Shown here piece by piece: positions 27,001-36,201 of a stretch of 64,000 bases of DNA. Under the pieces are notes generated by a model, which was not told the origin of the DNA, made no database searches, and saw only the letters and a program-made list of their open reading frames with translations. Location of the stretch: the IMG/VR virus record IMGVR_UViG_3300044612_002737, positions 3,206-67,205 of that record. One strand, 5' to 3'. Positions within the stretch are counted from its first letter, which is position 1; each line of letters starts with the position of its first letter. Origin of the DNA: a virus. A program made the position numbers and the translations under genes.

Positions 27001-30000
27001 GCCGGCGAGCCGGCCATGCGCGAGGTCGTGGTTCCGAAGCCCCCGAAGACCGCGGCCCAGGCAGCGGCGCAGACCAGCCCAGCGGATGCGGCGGAAGAGG
27101 CCGCGGCGGTCGACAGTGTGGCGGCGACGCCCTCGGCGGCCCCGCTCCACCCCAAGACCGAAACGGTGGTCGGTGGTCTCGACCCCGCGCTGAAGGCGGA
27201 CCCCGATGTGGTGTCGCGCATCCTTGCGGCGGTCGACAAGCTGAAGGCCGGGTCGAAGCTTCCCCCGCCGCCGAAGGGCGCGAACAAGGTGCTCATGGGC
27301 GCCGTGCGCGAGGAGCTGCTCAAGAGCGGCGTGCTCGTGAAGCTCGACGACGGCTCGGTCGTGAAGGCCGGCACGCTGCCGGAAGACGTGAAGGTGGCGC
27401 CGACGGCCGCCCCTCCCGCGCCTGCGCCGACGGCCGCCCCGACGGCTCCGCCCGTGGCGCCTACGCCCGCCGCGACGGTCTCGGTTGAAACAACCATCGC
27501 GCGTCTCGTGGGGGCCTCCGCTCCGGGGGCGAAGGCCGAAGTCCCCGCGGCGCTCGACCGCGCCGCGGCGGACTGGGGCGCGAAGCATTCCGGCAAGGAC
27601 TGGGTAATCGACCCCAAGAGCGGTGTCCCCTTCCCTAACACTCCCGCATCTATGTGGGCGAGCGGGGCGGAAGACCCGGCTTCTATCCGCGCGTTCGGTG
27701 CGGTCGAGCCCGGCATCCTCGGGCACGGAATGGGAAGGCCCAGCTCGCTACGTACCGCAGTAGCCGACCTACTCGGCATGTTCCAGAACGGGCTCACTCC
27801 GGGGGTGGGCCTTGGGGCCAGGTACGGAGAGCCGGCGCTGTACACCGGCGAGATCAACGTCCGCGCAGACATGGGGCAAGCGCTAGACACAGGGTCAGCG
27901 GCGTACCGCCAAGTGCCCTTCATCTTGGTGGGGCGTCCAAATACAACGATGTTTACGGGAAAGCTGCCTGAAGTTGGCGCGGTTCTCGTCAACCCTGCGC
28001 ACCCCGAGATCGTTGACGAACTGCGCGCGGCTGTCCAGCGCGTCCGCCCCGACGTTCAGGTGGGCCTGTTCAGTGAAGCTGATAGAGTTGTCGCGCGCAT
28101 GAAGCAGGCCGCCCCGACGGCTCCGCCCGTGGCGCCCGCGCCTGCGCCGGTTGCGTCGGCCTTCCCCGTCAAGGCCGTCGAGCCCGCGCCCGCGACGAAG
28201 ATCGACGCCGACGCGCCTGCGGCGGACCGCACGGTGCGCGTGGCGCCGGCTTTGGCGGACGAAGCCTCGCTACAGGCGTACAACCAGTCGATCCGGGCGC
28301 AAGACACCGGTGCCGGCATCAGCCTCGACCGCGACACTCTCGCCGCGGGCGACAACATCATGTATCGCCCCGACCGCGCGTACCGGTTTATCGGAGACGC
28401 CGGGTTCAAGGACTTTGAAGCCACAGGGTTGGTGCGCGCCAAGCAGGACACCAAGGCCGGGTACGAAGTCCCATACTTCATGACAGGCAAGACCTCGGGA
28501 CGCTACGCGGCGCGTAGGGGCCGCCCCGAGTACGTGGTCGAGATGCCGATCACGTCCGAGTGGCGCGGTGGCGGCGACTATGTCCACCCGCCCGCCGACC
28601 CGAAGCGGACGGACGGTATTCGTGTGTTCAAGCGAGAGGCTGACGGTTCGTACACGGTCATTCTGGACAACATCGGCGATCAGGCGCTACTCACCCAGAA
28701 GACCGCCGCCGAAGCCGAGGCTCCGGTCTTCCAGCGCGTCGCAGAGGAAGTCGCGCCGCCACCCGAGGAGACGCTCGAGGAGCTGACGGCGCGCCTATCT
28801 CGTGACGCCGAGGACCTGCGCGCGGCAGAGATCCGCGCAGAAGAGGAGTTCGCCGCGGCACAGGCAGAGCGTGAGCGCGCACTGGCCGGGCGTATCGCGG
28901 AAGACCGCCGCGCTGCCCGTGCCCGTGAAGCCGCGCCCCCCGCCGAAGAGGCAGCCGCGGAGCCAGTGATTCAGCGCGCTCCCGCCGCCGAGGAGCCGCT
29001 GCCCGCCGTCCGCAAGGCAGAGGGCTTCCGCGACAAGAACAGCGTCAACGCCGGCGTGTACGAGGTCGACATCGGCGGCAAGACGCGCCGGTTCTTCCGC
29101 GATAGCAAGGAGGGGTTCTACCCGCGCAGCTTCGTCGAGGACGTGCCGACGAGCGCCGATACGCCGGTGTTGCCGTTCCTTGGCGACACCATCGAAGACG
29201 CGGTCAAGGCGCTTCAGCGCATGCACGGCGCGGAGGAAGCGCCGGCTGCCGCCCGTGCCGCCGAAGAGGTGGTGGCGGAAGCCGCCCCTGCGGTCGAGCG
29301 CGCTGTTGAGGAAGCGCCCGCCGCAGCCAAGGCCGAGGAAGCAGGCACCCGCACCCGTATCCAAGAGCTGGAAGCCGAGGTCGAGCGGCTCGAGCCGTTC
29401 ACCACGGCGACACCCAAGCGCACCAACGTCAAGAAGGACAGCTTCACTGTCGAGATCGCAGGGAAGAAGATCCGCCTCGAGAACGACGGTGATAGCTGGC
29501 TCGACGTTGCTACGGGGAGCGAGCTGGGGGAGACCGCAGACGGAGCGGTTGGGCTGCTTCGCGAACGGCTTGTCGACTACCCGTATGCGCGGGCGCAGCG
29601 CGAGTTGAGCAGCCTCCGGCGCACTGAGCGCGCAGCGGCTGAGACAAAGGCGGCCGAGGAAGCAGTAAGCGCAGCCCCCACTCAGCCCTCCGGTATCACG
29701 ACGGTGGCCGAAGCGCCCGTTGTTCGCGAAGAAATCGTCGCTCCGCCCGCGCCGCCGGTGAAGGCCGAGCCCACGGTCGACGAGCTCCAGGCCACGGTTG
29801 CGCGGCTCGAGCCGTTGCGTGACGCAAAGATCAAGCGGACTGAGGTCTCGAAGGCGGGCTTCACGGCCGAGGTAGCGGGACAGCAGGTCCGCGTCGAGAA
29901 GCGCGGCGACAACTGGGTCAACGCCGCGACGGGACGCAACCTCGGGGACAACGTCACCGAGGCGACGGAGTCTCTGCGCACGGAGTTCGTGCTCAAGCCC

Positions 30001-33000
30001 TACACGCAGGCCCAGGACGCGCTGCGCAAGCTCGGGCAGGTCCAGTCGACCGCAGCAACCGTGTCGTCTCTCGAGGACGCGCTCTCCGGGGTGAAGAAGA
30101 TCAAGACCCAGAAGGACGCGCTGCGTTTCTTCGACGTCGCCGAGCAGCTCGCCCTCGACGCGAACGAGAAGGCCCAGATCTACGAAAGCCTCGCGCAGAA
30201 GCTCGAGATCATGGCCGGTCAGGCCAAGAGCGAGCGTGCGGCTGGGGAGCTCGAGACCCTTTCCATCCGTGCGCGCGACGAGGTGACCGCGATTCGGCCG
30301 GCGGCGGAGACCGCGCCATCGGCGGTAGCGGCGGCGGCTGACGCGCTCACCGAGGCGCAGCGCCACGTACAGGCCGTCACGAACATGCGCTCTTTGACCC
30401 ACCGCGCTCAGGTTGAGCGGCCTGACGGCACGTTCCTCATGTTCGGCACGGCGCAGAACGGCGTGTTCACCCCGGCGTTCGCGTTCCGCGCGTTCGAGGG
30501 CGTCAAGCCCTCCGAGATCCTCGAGGTCGTGTACGACCAGATGCGCGTGTCGCCCGACACTATGGTCGCCGCGCGCCGCGAGGCCGAGGCACTGCTGGAA
30601 GGCCAGACGCCCATCGTTCGCGAGTTCCCCGCGAACAAGTACGCCAACGACGCAGACCTGAAGTTTGGCCCGGGCCTGCGCCAAGTCCGTCCCGCCCAGG
30701 CGGGCGGTCCGCAGGTCGTTACCGGCGCGTTCAAGCCCGGCGGTGGCAGCGGTCTGGCTGGCACGCAGTCGATCATCGAGCTGGCTGCGAAGACGGCTGA
30801 CCCGACCACGTTGCTGCACGAGGGCGCGCACTTCATCCGCAAGTCGATCCTCGACACCGAGGACATGGACAACGTCACGGCGTGGCTCAACAGCATGGGC
30901 GTGAAGGTCAACCACGAGTTCGGCGAGTTCGTCGGCTCGGCGGATGACATCGAGCTGGCCGAGGAGATGTTCGCGACGGCGTTCGAGAAGTACGTCGTCA
31001 CGGGCAAGGCACCGACGCCTGCGCTCGAGCGCGCGTTCGAGCTGGTCAAGAACGCGTTCGCCGGTGCGTACCGCTGGATGAAGTCGGACGCTGCGAAGGA
31101 GCTCTACGGAGAGGACGCGCTGTCTCCGCAGGTCACGGCAGTGTTCAACCGGTACTTCACGGCGGTGCCGCAGAAGCCCATCGAGTCGACGTTCGACATC
31201 ATCGTCCGCGAGACGCGCGGCGCGAAGACCTCTGACGCCGAGGGCGCGCTCGACGTGCTGGCCCGCGAAGCGACGCGAAAGGGCATGCCGAAGACCGCTC
31301 GCGAAGACCTCGTGAAGAAGATCGCGGCCCTCAAGCTCTCCGACGATGTCCCGAGCGAAACGGTGTTGCTCGAGTTTCCGGCTCCTGTGCTCGGCAAGAC
31401 GGAGTGGACGAAGGGAGACATCATCGAGCTTCAGGCCGAGGTGGTGCGCCGGCGCAGCCAGATGGCGGTCGTGCCGGTGCGGCAGGCGCTCTTCGGTCAG
31501 CCCGAGGAAGAGAAGGTCACTGAGAACATCTACGCCGCGCTCGCGGAGCGCGAAGAGGGTGGGCTCGCCGCGGGAGCACGCGGCATCGCTCGCGGAATGG
31601 CGAAGCTCGTCCTGGGTGGCGACATTGTCGACGAGCGCGGGACCCGTGCGCTGCCCGAGGTGTTGCGCCGCGATCTCGACACTCCTGCACGCATCATCGA
31701 GACCACCATCGGTGACTCCGTGTCGGTCCTGACGCAGTCGACGCGCGACAACGACCCGTCGTTCATGTTCCGCTTCTTGGCGGGCGAGAACCTTCGGTTC
31801 AAGTCGGGTCGCCGTGTCCTGTCGTCGGGCCATGAGCACATCACAGGCTTCTTCGACCTGTACCGCAACCAGTACGCGTCCATGACGCGTGAGGAGCAGG
31901 CGCTGCTCCAGGAGTGGGCGCAGCTCCTGAACACGACGCCGAATCCTGAGAACCTGCGCAACCCGCAGACGATCTCCGAAGCGCTCGCGAGCGGGGCGTT
32001 CCCGCAGAACCTGATGAACGTGCGCAACTTCGCCGATCTCGAGGCCCAACGCAAGGCCAAGGCCAACGCGATGGTCGCAGCGCTCGAGAAGTTCATCGAC
32101 CTGGGCGGCAGCGGCGAGGGCAACATCGGTGGCCAGCTTCGCAAGGCCATCAAGGACGCGGCGGGTGAAGGTTCCCAGATCGCCTTCAACGAGTACCGCT
32201 TCGCTGAAGTGCTGCTCTTCCTGTCGGGGTCGACGTCTCGCCGTGGCGTTCGGTTCCTTCCGGTCGACAAGACGTTCACGAAGGACCAGCTCGTCGAGCA
32301 GGCGAGGGTTCTCCTCACTGACGCTCAGCGTATCTACGGCGGCGAAGACGACCCGCTCTTCTCGCGCCGTCTGTCTATTCTCGTTGCGGCTTACGGCTCC
32401 AGCCGGCGAGCCAAGGCCGAGCTCGCGGCGCTGGGCGCCGTGCTGACCGCAGAAGAAGCGCACGCGTTCAAGGGTTGGACGCTCGGCTACGACATCTCGC
32501 CGGAGATGTCGGCGCAGCTCGAGCTGGTGAAGAACAAGTTCGGGTTGAACGCGAAGTTCATCAACGAGACGATCCTCGGCGACAACGTGTACGTGCCTGC
32601 GCAGGCCCGTGCACGCATGGCTGACGCGCTCGCCAAGGCGCAGTTCAACAACGCGAAGCTCACCCCGACGGGCGACCTGTACCAGAAGGTCTGGACGTAC
32701 ATGAAGAAGCGCATGACCCGCGGTGCGTTCGCGCTCCGTCAGCGCTACTTCTTCGTGAACACCATCGACCACTTCAACCAGATGTACCTGCTGGTGGGCT
32801 TCGCGCCGGCCGCAGCGTCGTCGGCCCGCCTGCTGCTTCAGGGCCTACCAGTCAACGTCTTTGGTCAGGGGTACGAGACTTTCATCCGTCTCGCCAACCG
32901 TGCGGGGATGGGCGACCGTGCGGCCATGGAGCGTTTCCGCGACCTGCTCAGCCGCGGCGGCGACGAGCTGGCGGCACGTATCGGCAGCGCGCTCTCGGTC

Positions 33001-34785
33001 TCCAAGTACCGCATCGACGTGAACGACATCCTCGAGGGTCGCGACAAGCTCTTGCTGGTCGGCGGCAATGTCTACACGGCGCGCCAGCTCCGCGATACGT
33101 TCGTGGCTGAGGGGATCTTCTCGAGCTTCGACACTCGGCGTCTGGCTGATGGCGTCCGCATGGACGGCAACATCTTCGCGCGTGAGCTGGCGCAGATCTC
33201 GGGCAGCCCCAAGAGCAGCGGTACGTTCGTTGACGCGGCCTCGCGCCTGATGGATGGCGTGCAGGACGTCACGGTCGACGTCGTCGACGACCTTTCCGAC
33301 GCGTGGGCGGAGCGCGAGCGTGTCGGCGCGGTCATCACGCTGATGGAGACTGGAGTGGACGCACGCGCTGCGTGCCGCGTCACCGTCGACGCGCTGTACG
33401 ACTACAGCCAGTCCATGACGAAGAGGGATCGCTCCTTCCTCGTCGGCACGGTGCTCCCGTTCTGGGCCTTCCAGAAGAACGCGAACCAGCAGTTCATCAA
33501 CGTGATGTTCAGCCCCTACGGCGCCTACCGCATGATGGCGCTCCAGCGCCTGCGCGAGGGGTCGGTGACGCTCGCGTCCGAGCTGTACTACGGCTACATC
33601 GGCGGCGAGCTTGGCCTCGACGTCGACAACATGCCGCAGGACATGCAGGACCTCTACTACGCCATCATGACGAGGGCGCACGAGATCTACGGCGACGACC
33701 TGCCCGACAACGTGCGCATCGGTCTGCGCATCGCGCTGACGGGTCGCGTCGGTGAGGTGGTCGACGGCAAGTACTACGAGCTCGACACGCGCCTCATCGA
33801 GATGATGCGTTCGGGGGGTCTCGCCCCTGGCGGCAAGTTTGGTGGCGCCGGCATGGCCGACTACATGCTCGCCGCGCCGAACAAGTCCGGGCTGCCGTCC
33901 TACGTTCGCGACCGGTTCGGAATGGTCGCGCCGCAGCGCCGCAACGCGCTGGTGCGCCACTACACCGCGCTCATGGGCGGTGCGAACGAGGACTACTTCT
34001 ACTTCATGCTGCCGGAGTCCAGCGTCGAGACCGCGTACAAGCACACCGCCACGCTGCTCGGCGGCGCGTTCCTCACCGCCGGCGCGCTCAGCCCCGAGTG
34101 GGTGGGCATCCCCGGGGTGGACATCCTCGCCGGCGGCGCGGACGCCATCGGCCTCGGCGACATCGGCCGCGCGCTCCAGCCGGTTGTTGACCTCGAGCGC
34201 TCTCCGGTGATGGGCCTCGCGCTCGGCATGTACTCGGAGCGTGGCTACCCGCAGCGTCTCCACCCCAAGGTGGCGGCGGCACTTCAGCGCATGACGAACA
34301 TCCCCATCCTGCGCGTTCCCGCGAAGATGGACCCGTTCATGGGCGGCACGCTGCCGGACACGGACGAGGCGTTCCGGGCGCGCCTCGAGGCGGCAAACGC
34401 CGTGCAGGATGGTATCGTCGGCGGAACGGACGAGGCAGGCAACCCGACGGACCTCGTTCAGATCCTCGGCGAGGACTACGTGCGCATGGTGCAGGAGCTC
34501 AACAGCAAGGACCTGCCGGCTGACGTCATGGCGGTCGCGAAGGAGGAGCGGTTCTACCTTCCGCCCGGCTTCATGTCGCTGAGCTTCGAGAACAGCCCGC
34601 TCGGCGAGTTCAACCGCGAAGCCCTGCGCTGGGACCAGACGTCGAAGGAAGGGGCGGACCCTGCGGGGCAGGCCGCGTACTTCACGCGCGTGCTTCTCGG
34701 CACCGACGTCGTTCAAGTCGCCCCCTCGCGCACGGCTCAGCAGGAGGAGCCGGTGCGTTATACCAAGACCCGCGAGCCCATCTAG
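24055..34785 (+). CDS. giant polyvalent internal virion protein (3576 aa): two ART-like modules, repeated small domains, zincin peptidase, helical C-terminal region
   Basis: TLLHEGAH..EEMFATAFEKYVVTGKAPT; ART-like motifs at 27.6-28.7 kb; ALYDYS..PFWAF C-terminal motif. Confidence 0.8.
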   Translation: MMANPQLDKFLKEAAAQKAATQAPAAVKPVAAAPKPPVLAVSPTAPVKAAAAVERSAPSAEPVTPSAEDVKKAEKMRADLLEELPLEDFYKEAARVPLTDIAVESYARKTKLPVDRFTSLAGAQGIDVEDMAQKAREGVPFAEYRRTRDGVIGFKPAAERFTELDRVASDYQTAERGEAPQRTIGIQKAQETTTSLPVFGEGYEVGGTTPDEIIETTKPGEHQYSIAAQFIDSFEKANPDVVSLTDMYGQNAGPGNTQKWIEKYVKMQVRNRGLTAASEDIDEQMGKLRRDAVYYILSKKTIGQWTPGVFVKDVQITDAERAKPLGTGEGFGAGVRDTFAAMAPNVEIVGFNNKGQAVVRQESPAGTALRLLDVLGVSPVGKVKGVPVVIPGQSAISGLITKDKDEGYLEAALRGVQTGATFIDAALDETKGRSTPVRAAAGLAALVPTVLYPDVTGAAEGAYTAAKAYRRVLQDRKIAKAAAPLLDELVAALKAGDYEKATKVESAIRSHPELSKGNHGVMQAQMSMDAQVVEKLKAMNPELASLTPTLGDELITVGVNQSPELAEAIYGEAVKGYPFLHFSKKAPELAARSEKEGIGPTLEAYVNSGDFGRHFQRIERAKAAFLKAAPKNSAEAIDQAVSGLAANLRAKSADVLRLGGAPAADAPRYDRLAKLLEDNKAAIIADPKAAFGKDGVLRQAIKADPVVGADDAREFRAAFYPQAARLSGRIEALKTVDFNTLYQNDLKVFDRAREAVEANIKSRMMAAELLKRELGTRAKINVVPTEILDDLMEPGTERLSAFATAKFIQTMQQLPKAADRKAWLAAFQTMDKMLRGAAELRGVPVDTYWRSIDIRVVDGKPVFVKGEDVVSAPKGPGPLDGFVDVADVQTAVARLRGALAGTDPSYRLKSLLRADGSQAGGEVAVGDVVVRAIRSPQPGAPYRVEVFVGAQQKAAFTSTGKLEDAINEGIDEAQNAMTGRVAAGEPAMREVVVPKPPKTAAQAAAQTSPADAAEEAAAVDSVAATPSAAPLHPKTETVVGGLDPALKADPDVVSRILAAVDKLKAGSKLPPPPKGANKVLMGAVREELLKSGVLVKLDDGSVVKAGTLPEDVKVAPTAAPPAPAPTAAPTAPPVAPTPAATVSVETTIARLVGASAPGAKAEVPAALDRAAADWGAKHSGKDWVIDPKSGVPFPNTPASMWASGAEDPASIRAFGAVEPGILGHGMGRPSSLRTAVADLLGMFQNGLTPGVGLGARYGEPALYTGEINVRADMGQALDTGSAAYRQVPFILVGRPNTTMFTGKLPEVGAVLVNPAHPEIVDELRAAVQRVRPDVQVGLFSEADRVVARMKQAAPTAPPVAPAPAPVASAFPVKAVEPAPATKIDADAPAADRTVRVAPALADEASLQAYNQSIRAQDTGAGISLDRDTLAAGDNIMYRPDRAYRFIGDAGFKDFEATGLVRAKQDTKAGYEVPYFMTGKTSGRYAARRGRPEYVVEMPITSEWRGGGDYVHPPADPKRTDGIRVFKREADGSYTVILDNIGDQALLTQKTAAEAEAPVFQRVAEEVAPPPEETLEELTARLSRDAEDLRAAEIRAEEEFAAAQAERERALAGRIAEDRRAARAREAAPPAEEAAAEPVIQRAPAAEEPLPAVRKAEGFRDKNSVNAGVYEVDIGGKTRRFFRDSKEGFYPRSFVEDVPTSADTPVLPFLGDTIEDAVKALQRMHGAEEAPAAARAAEEVVAEAAPAVERAVEEAPAAAKAEEAGTRTRIQELEAEVERLEPFTTATPKRTNVKKDSFTVEIAGKKIRLENDGDSWLDVATGSELGETADGAVGLLRERLVDYPYARAQRELSSLRRTERAAAETKAAEEAVSAAPTQPSGITTVAEAPVVREEIVAPPAPPVKAEPTVDELQATVARLEPLRDAKIKRTEVSKAGFTAEVAGQQVRVEKRGDNWVNAATGRNLGDNVTEATESLRTEFVLKPYTQAQDALRKLGQVQSTAATVSSLEDALSGVKKIKTQKDALRFFDVAEQLALDANEKAQIYESLAQKLEIMAGQAKSERAAGELETLSIRARDEVTAIRPAAETAPSAVAAAADALTEAQRHVQAVTNMRSLTHRAQVERPDGTFLMFGTAQNGVFTPAFAFRAFEGVKPSEILEVVYDQMRVSPDTMVAARREAEALLEGQTPIVREFPANKYANDADLKFGPGLRQVRPAQAGGPQVVTGAFKPGGGSGLAGTQSIIELAAKTADPTTLLHEGAHFIRKSILDTEDMDNVTAWLNSMGVKVNHEFGEFVGSADDIELAEEMFATAFEKYVVTGKAPTPALERAFELVKNAFAGAYRWMKSDAAKELYGEDALSPQVTAVFNRYFTAVPQKPIESTFDIIVRETRGAKTSDAEGALDVLAREATRKGMPKTAREDLVKKIAALKLSDDVPSETVLLEFPAPVLGKTEWTKGDIIELQAEVVRRRSQMAVVPVRQALFGQPEEEKVTENIYAALAEREEGGLAAGARGIARGMAKLVLGGDIVDERGTRALPEVLRRDLDTPARIIETTIGDSVSVLTQSTRDNDPSFMFRFLAGENLRFKSGRRVLSSGHEHITGFFDLYRNQYASMTREEQALLQEWAQLLNTTPNPENLRNPQTISEALASGAFPQNLMNVRNFADLEAQRKAKANAMVAALEKFIDLGGSGEGNIGGQLRKAIKDAAGEGSQIAFNEYRFAEVLLFLSGSTSRRGVRFLPVDKTFTKDQLVEQARVLLTDAQRIYGGEDDPLFSRRLSILVAAYGSSRRAKAELAALGAVLTAEEAHAFKGWTLGYDISPEMSAQLELVKNKFGLNAKFINETILGDNVYVPAQARARMADALAKAQFNNAKLTPTGDLYQKVWTYMKKRMTRGAFALRQRYFFVNTIDHFNQMYLLVGFAPAAASSARLLLQGLPVNVFGQGYETFIRLANRAGMGDRAAMERFRDLLSRGGDELAARIGSALSVSKYRIDVNDILEGRDKLLLVGGNVYTARQLRDTFVAEGIFSSFDTRRLADGVRMDGNIFARELAQISGSPKSSGTFVDAASRLMDGVQDVTVDVVDDLSDAWAERERVGAVITLMETGVDARAACRVTVDALYDYSQSMTKRDRSFLVGTVLPFWAFQKNANQQFINVMFSPYGAYRMMALQRLREGSVTLASELYYGYIGGELGLDVDNMPQDMQDLYYAIMTRAHEIYGDDLPDNVRIGLRIALTGRVGEVVDGKYYELDTRLIEMMRSGGLAPGGKFGGAGMADYMLAAPNKSGLPSYVRDRFGMVAPQRRNALVRHYTALMGGANEDYFYFMLPESSVETAYKHTATLLGGAFLTAGALSPEWVGIPGVDILAGGADAIGLGDIGRALQPVVDLERSPVMGLALGMYSERGYPQRLHPKVAAALQRMTNIPILRVPAKMDPFMGGTLPDTDEAFRARLEAANAVQDGIVGGTDEAGNPTDLVQILGEDYVRMVQELNSKDLPADVMAVAKEERFYLPPGFMSLSFENSPLGEFNREALRWDQTSKEGADPAGQAAYFTRVLLGTDVVQVAPSRTAQQEEPVRYTKTREPI
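27432..28136 (+). repeat. 30-bp perfect direct repeat pair (27432-27461 and 28107-28136)
   Basis: GGCCGCCCCGACGGCTCCGCCCGTGGCGCC occurs twice, flanking a lower-GC domain. Confidence 0.9.
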
Positions 34786-34794
34786 GAGGACATC

Positions 34795-35229
34795 ATGGCA
34801 TCTGACCCCCGCTACGGCGGCTTCAACCACGCCGGCATCAGCTACAAGCACCAGGCCGCGCTCACGACGGCCTACCAGGTGTTCCTGCTGAAGGCCGACC
34901 CGACCAACAGCCCGCGCACGGCGGACGTCCCGCCGTTCGCCGTGCTGAAGAACATCAACTTCGAGCTCGACACCATCGCAGGCGGCGCGTCCCAGGTGAC
35001 GTTCTACCTCGCGCGCGACCTCGCGGGCGACATCCCCGTGACGGGCGCGCAGACGGCCACCGTCGTCTTCGGCCTCACGACGGCCACGAAGGGTACTGCA
35101 CTCGCGTGCATCGACCTCGACTACCACTACCAGGGTCTGGCGGCGGAAGTCCTCGGGACTCTGTTTCTCGTCGTGAAACTTAACGCGGGGACCGCGAACG
35201 GCAACGTCCGCCAGCACTGGCGCGGCTGA
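34795..35229 (+). CDS. putative structural protein (144 aa)
   Basis: AGGAGG RBS; beta-sandwich-like composition. Confidence 0.7.
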   Translation: MASDPRYGGFNHAGISYKHQAALTTAYQVFLLKADPTNSPRTADVPPFAVLKNINFELDTIAGGASQVTFYLARDLAGDIPVTGAQTATVVFGLTTATKGTALACIDLDYHYQGLAAEVLGTLFLVVKLNAGTANGNVRQHWRG

Positions 35230-35301
35230 TCGTTTCGTCTGCACCGATGCTCTAGCACCCTCTCCTGCGCTGTGATAGCGTAGCCGGGAGAGGGCGCAAA
35301 C

Positions 35302-35886
35302 ATGGCTAACTCGGTCACTCAGTTCAGCGGCGGATGGTACGCGGCGCCCTCGTCTACGGCGTCTGGAACAGTCGCCTACACGGACGGGGTGCTGATCCCC
35401 AGCAAGACGATCAACAAGAGCGTCTCGCAGATCACGACCACGATCAGCAGCATCGACACGAACGCGTCGGGCGACAAGTTCTCCCTCCTCTACAGTCTTC
35501 GTTGTGCGTACAACGTCTCGTTCGCGGGCCAGCTCCGTGCGCGCGTCAAGTGGGCGACGACGACGGGAGCCGGTGGCGCCGCCACGGGCCGCATCTTCGT
35601 CGAGGTTCGTCGCAAAGACACGAGCGGGAACGTATCGGCCATCCCCGGCCTGGTGCGAGGCTACGGCAACACGCGCGCCATCTCGGGCATCGTCAACTAC
35701 ACCGAGAACCAGATCACGGTGAGCATCCCGGCGCAGACCTTCGCCCCCGGCGAAAGCATCGTCGTGGTGGTGGGGCTCGAGGTCATCGCGACGAACGCCG
35801 CGGCGACGCTAGTCGTAGTGGTGTCGACCAACCCTGCCACGTCTGGTGACGAGCTCATCATCGAGCTCGACTCCGGCACGCCGTAA
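35302..35886 (+). CDS. putative structural protein (194 aa)
   Basis: GGGAG RBS; T/S/V-rich. Confidence 0.7.
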   Translation: MANSVTQFSGGWYAAPSSTASGTVAYTDGVLIPSKTINKSVSQITTTISSIDTNASGDKFSLLYSLRCAYNVSFAGQLRARVKWATTTGAGGAATGRIFVEVRRKDTSGNVSAIPGLVRGYGNTRAISGIVNYTENQITVSIPAQTFAPGESIVVVVGLEVIATNAAATLVVVVSTNPATSGDELIIELDSGTP

Positions 35887-35898
35887 GGAGGCCCCAGG

Positions 35899-36198
35899 AT
35901 GTCCACGACGCACACACAGACCATCGAGTCTGGCATCAACGCGAACAAGCCGGTGCAGCTCCCCGCGTGGGTTCTGCTCGCCATGTTGGGCGGCGGTGGT
36001 GGGTGGCTCACCTACCACGAGTACAAGGCCCAGGAGCCACCTGCCGCACCAGCTCCGATTCACCACAACTGCGCCGAGGATCTCCGGGCGGACATGGCGA
36101 CCATGAAGGCTGAGGTCTCAGGGTTGAAGGTCCAGGTCCAGCAAATGGACGCTCGGCTAGCCCGCATCGAAGAAGCCCTCATCAACGGGAAGAGGTAG
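35899..36198 (+). CDS. membrane-anchored coiled-coil protein (holin/spanin candidate)
   Basis: AAGGAGG RBS; one hydrophobic segment then coiled coil. Confidence 0.6.
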   Translation: MSTTHTQTIESGINANKPVQLPAWVLLAMLGGGGGWLTYHEYKAQEPPAAPAPIHHNCAEDLRADMATMKAEVSGLKVQVQQMDARLARIEEALINGKR

Positions 36199-36201
36199 AC
36201 C

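Noticed and set aside
28795-32772. 1325-aa antisense ORF, and similar long ones at 48687-51488, 13839-16265, 32845-35244, 5741-7594 and 42490-44412
   Set aside because: Shadows of real genes in high-GC DNA, where stop codons are rare on the opposite strand; no RBS or motifs
24055-34785. Virion RNA polymerase or tape measure protein
   Set aside because: No DxDGD or T7/N4-type polymerase motifs recognised; no tail tube or chaperone genes nearby
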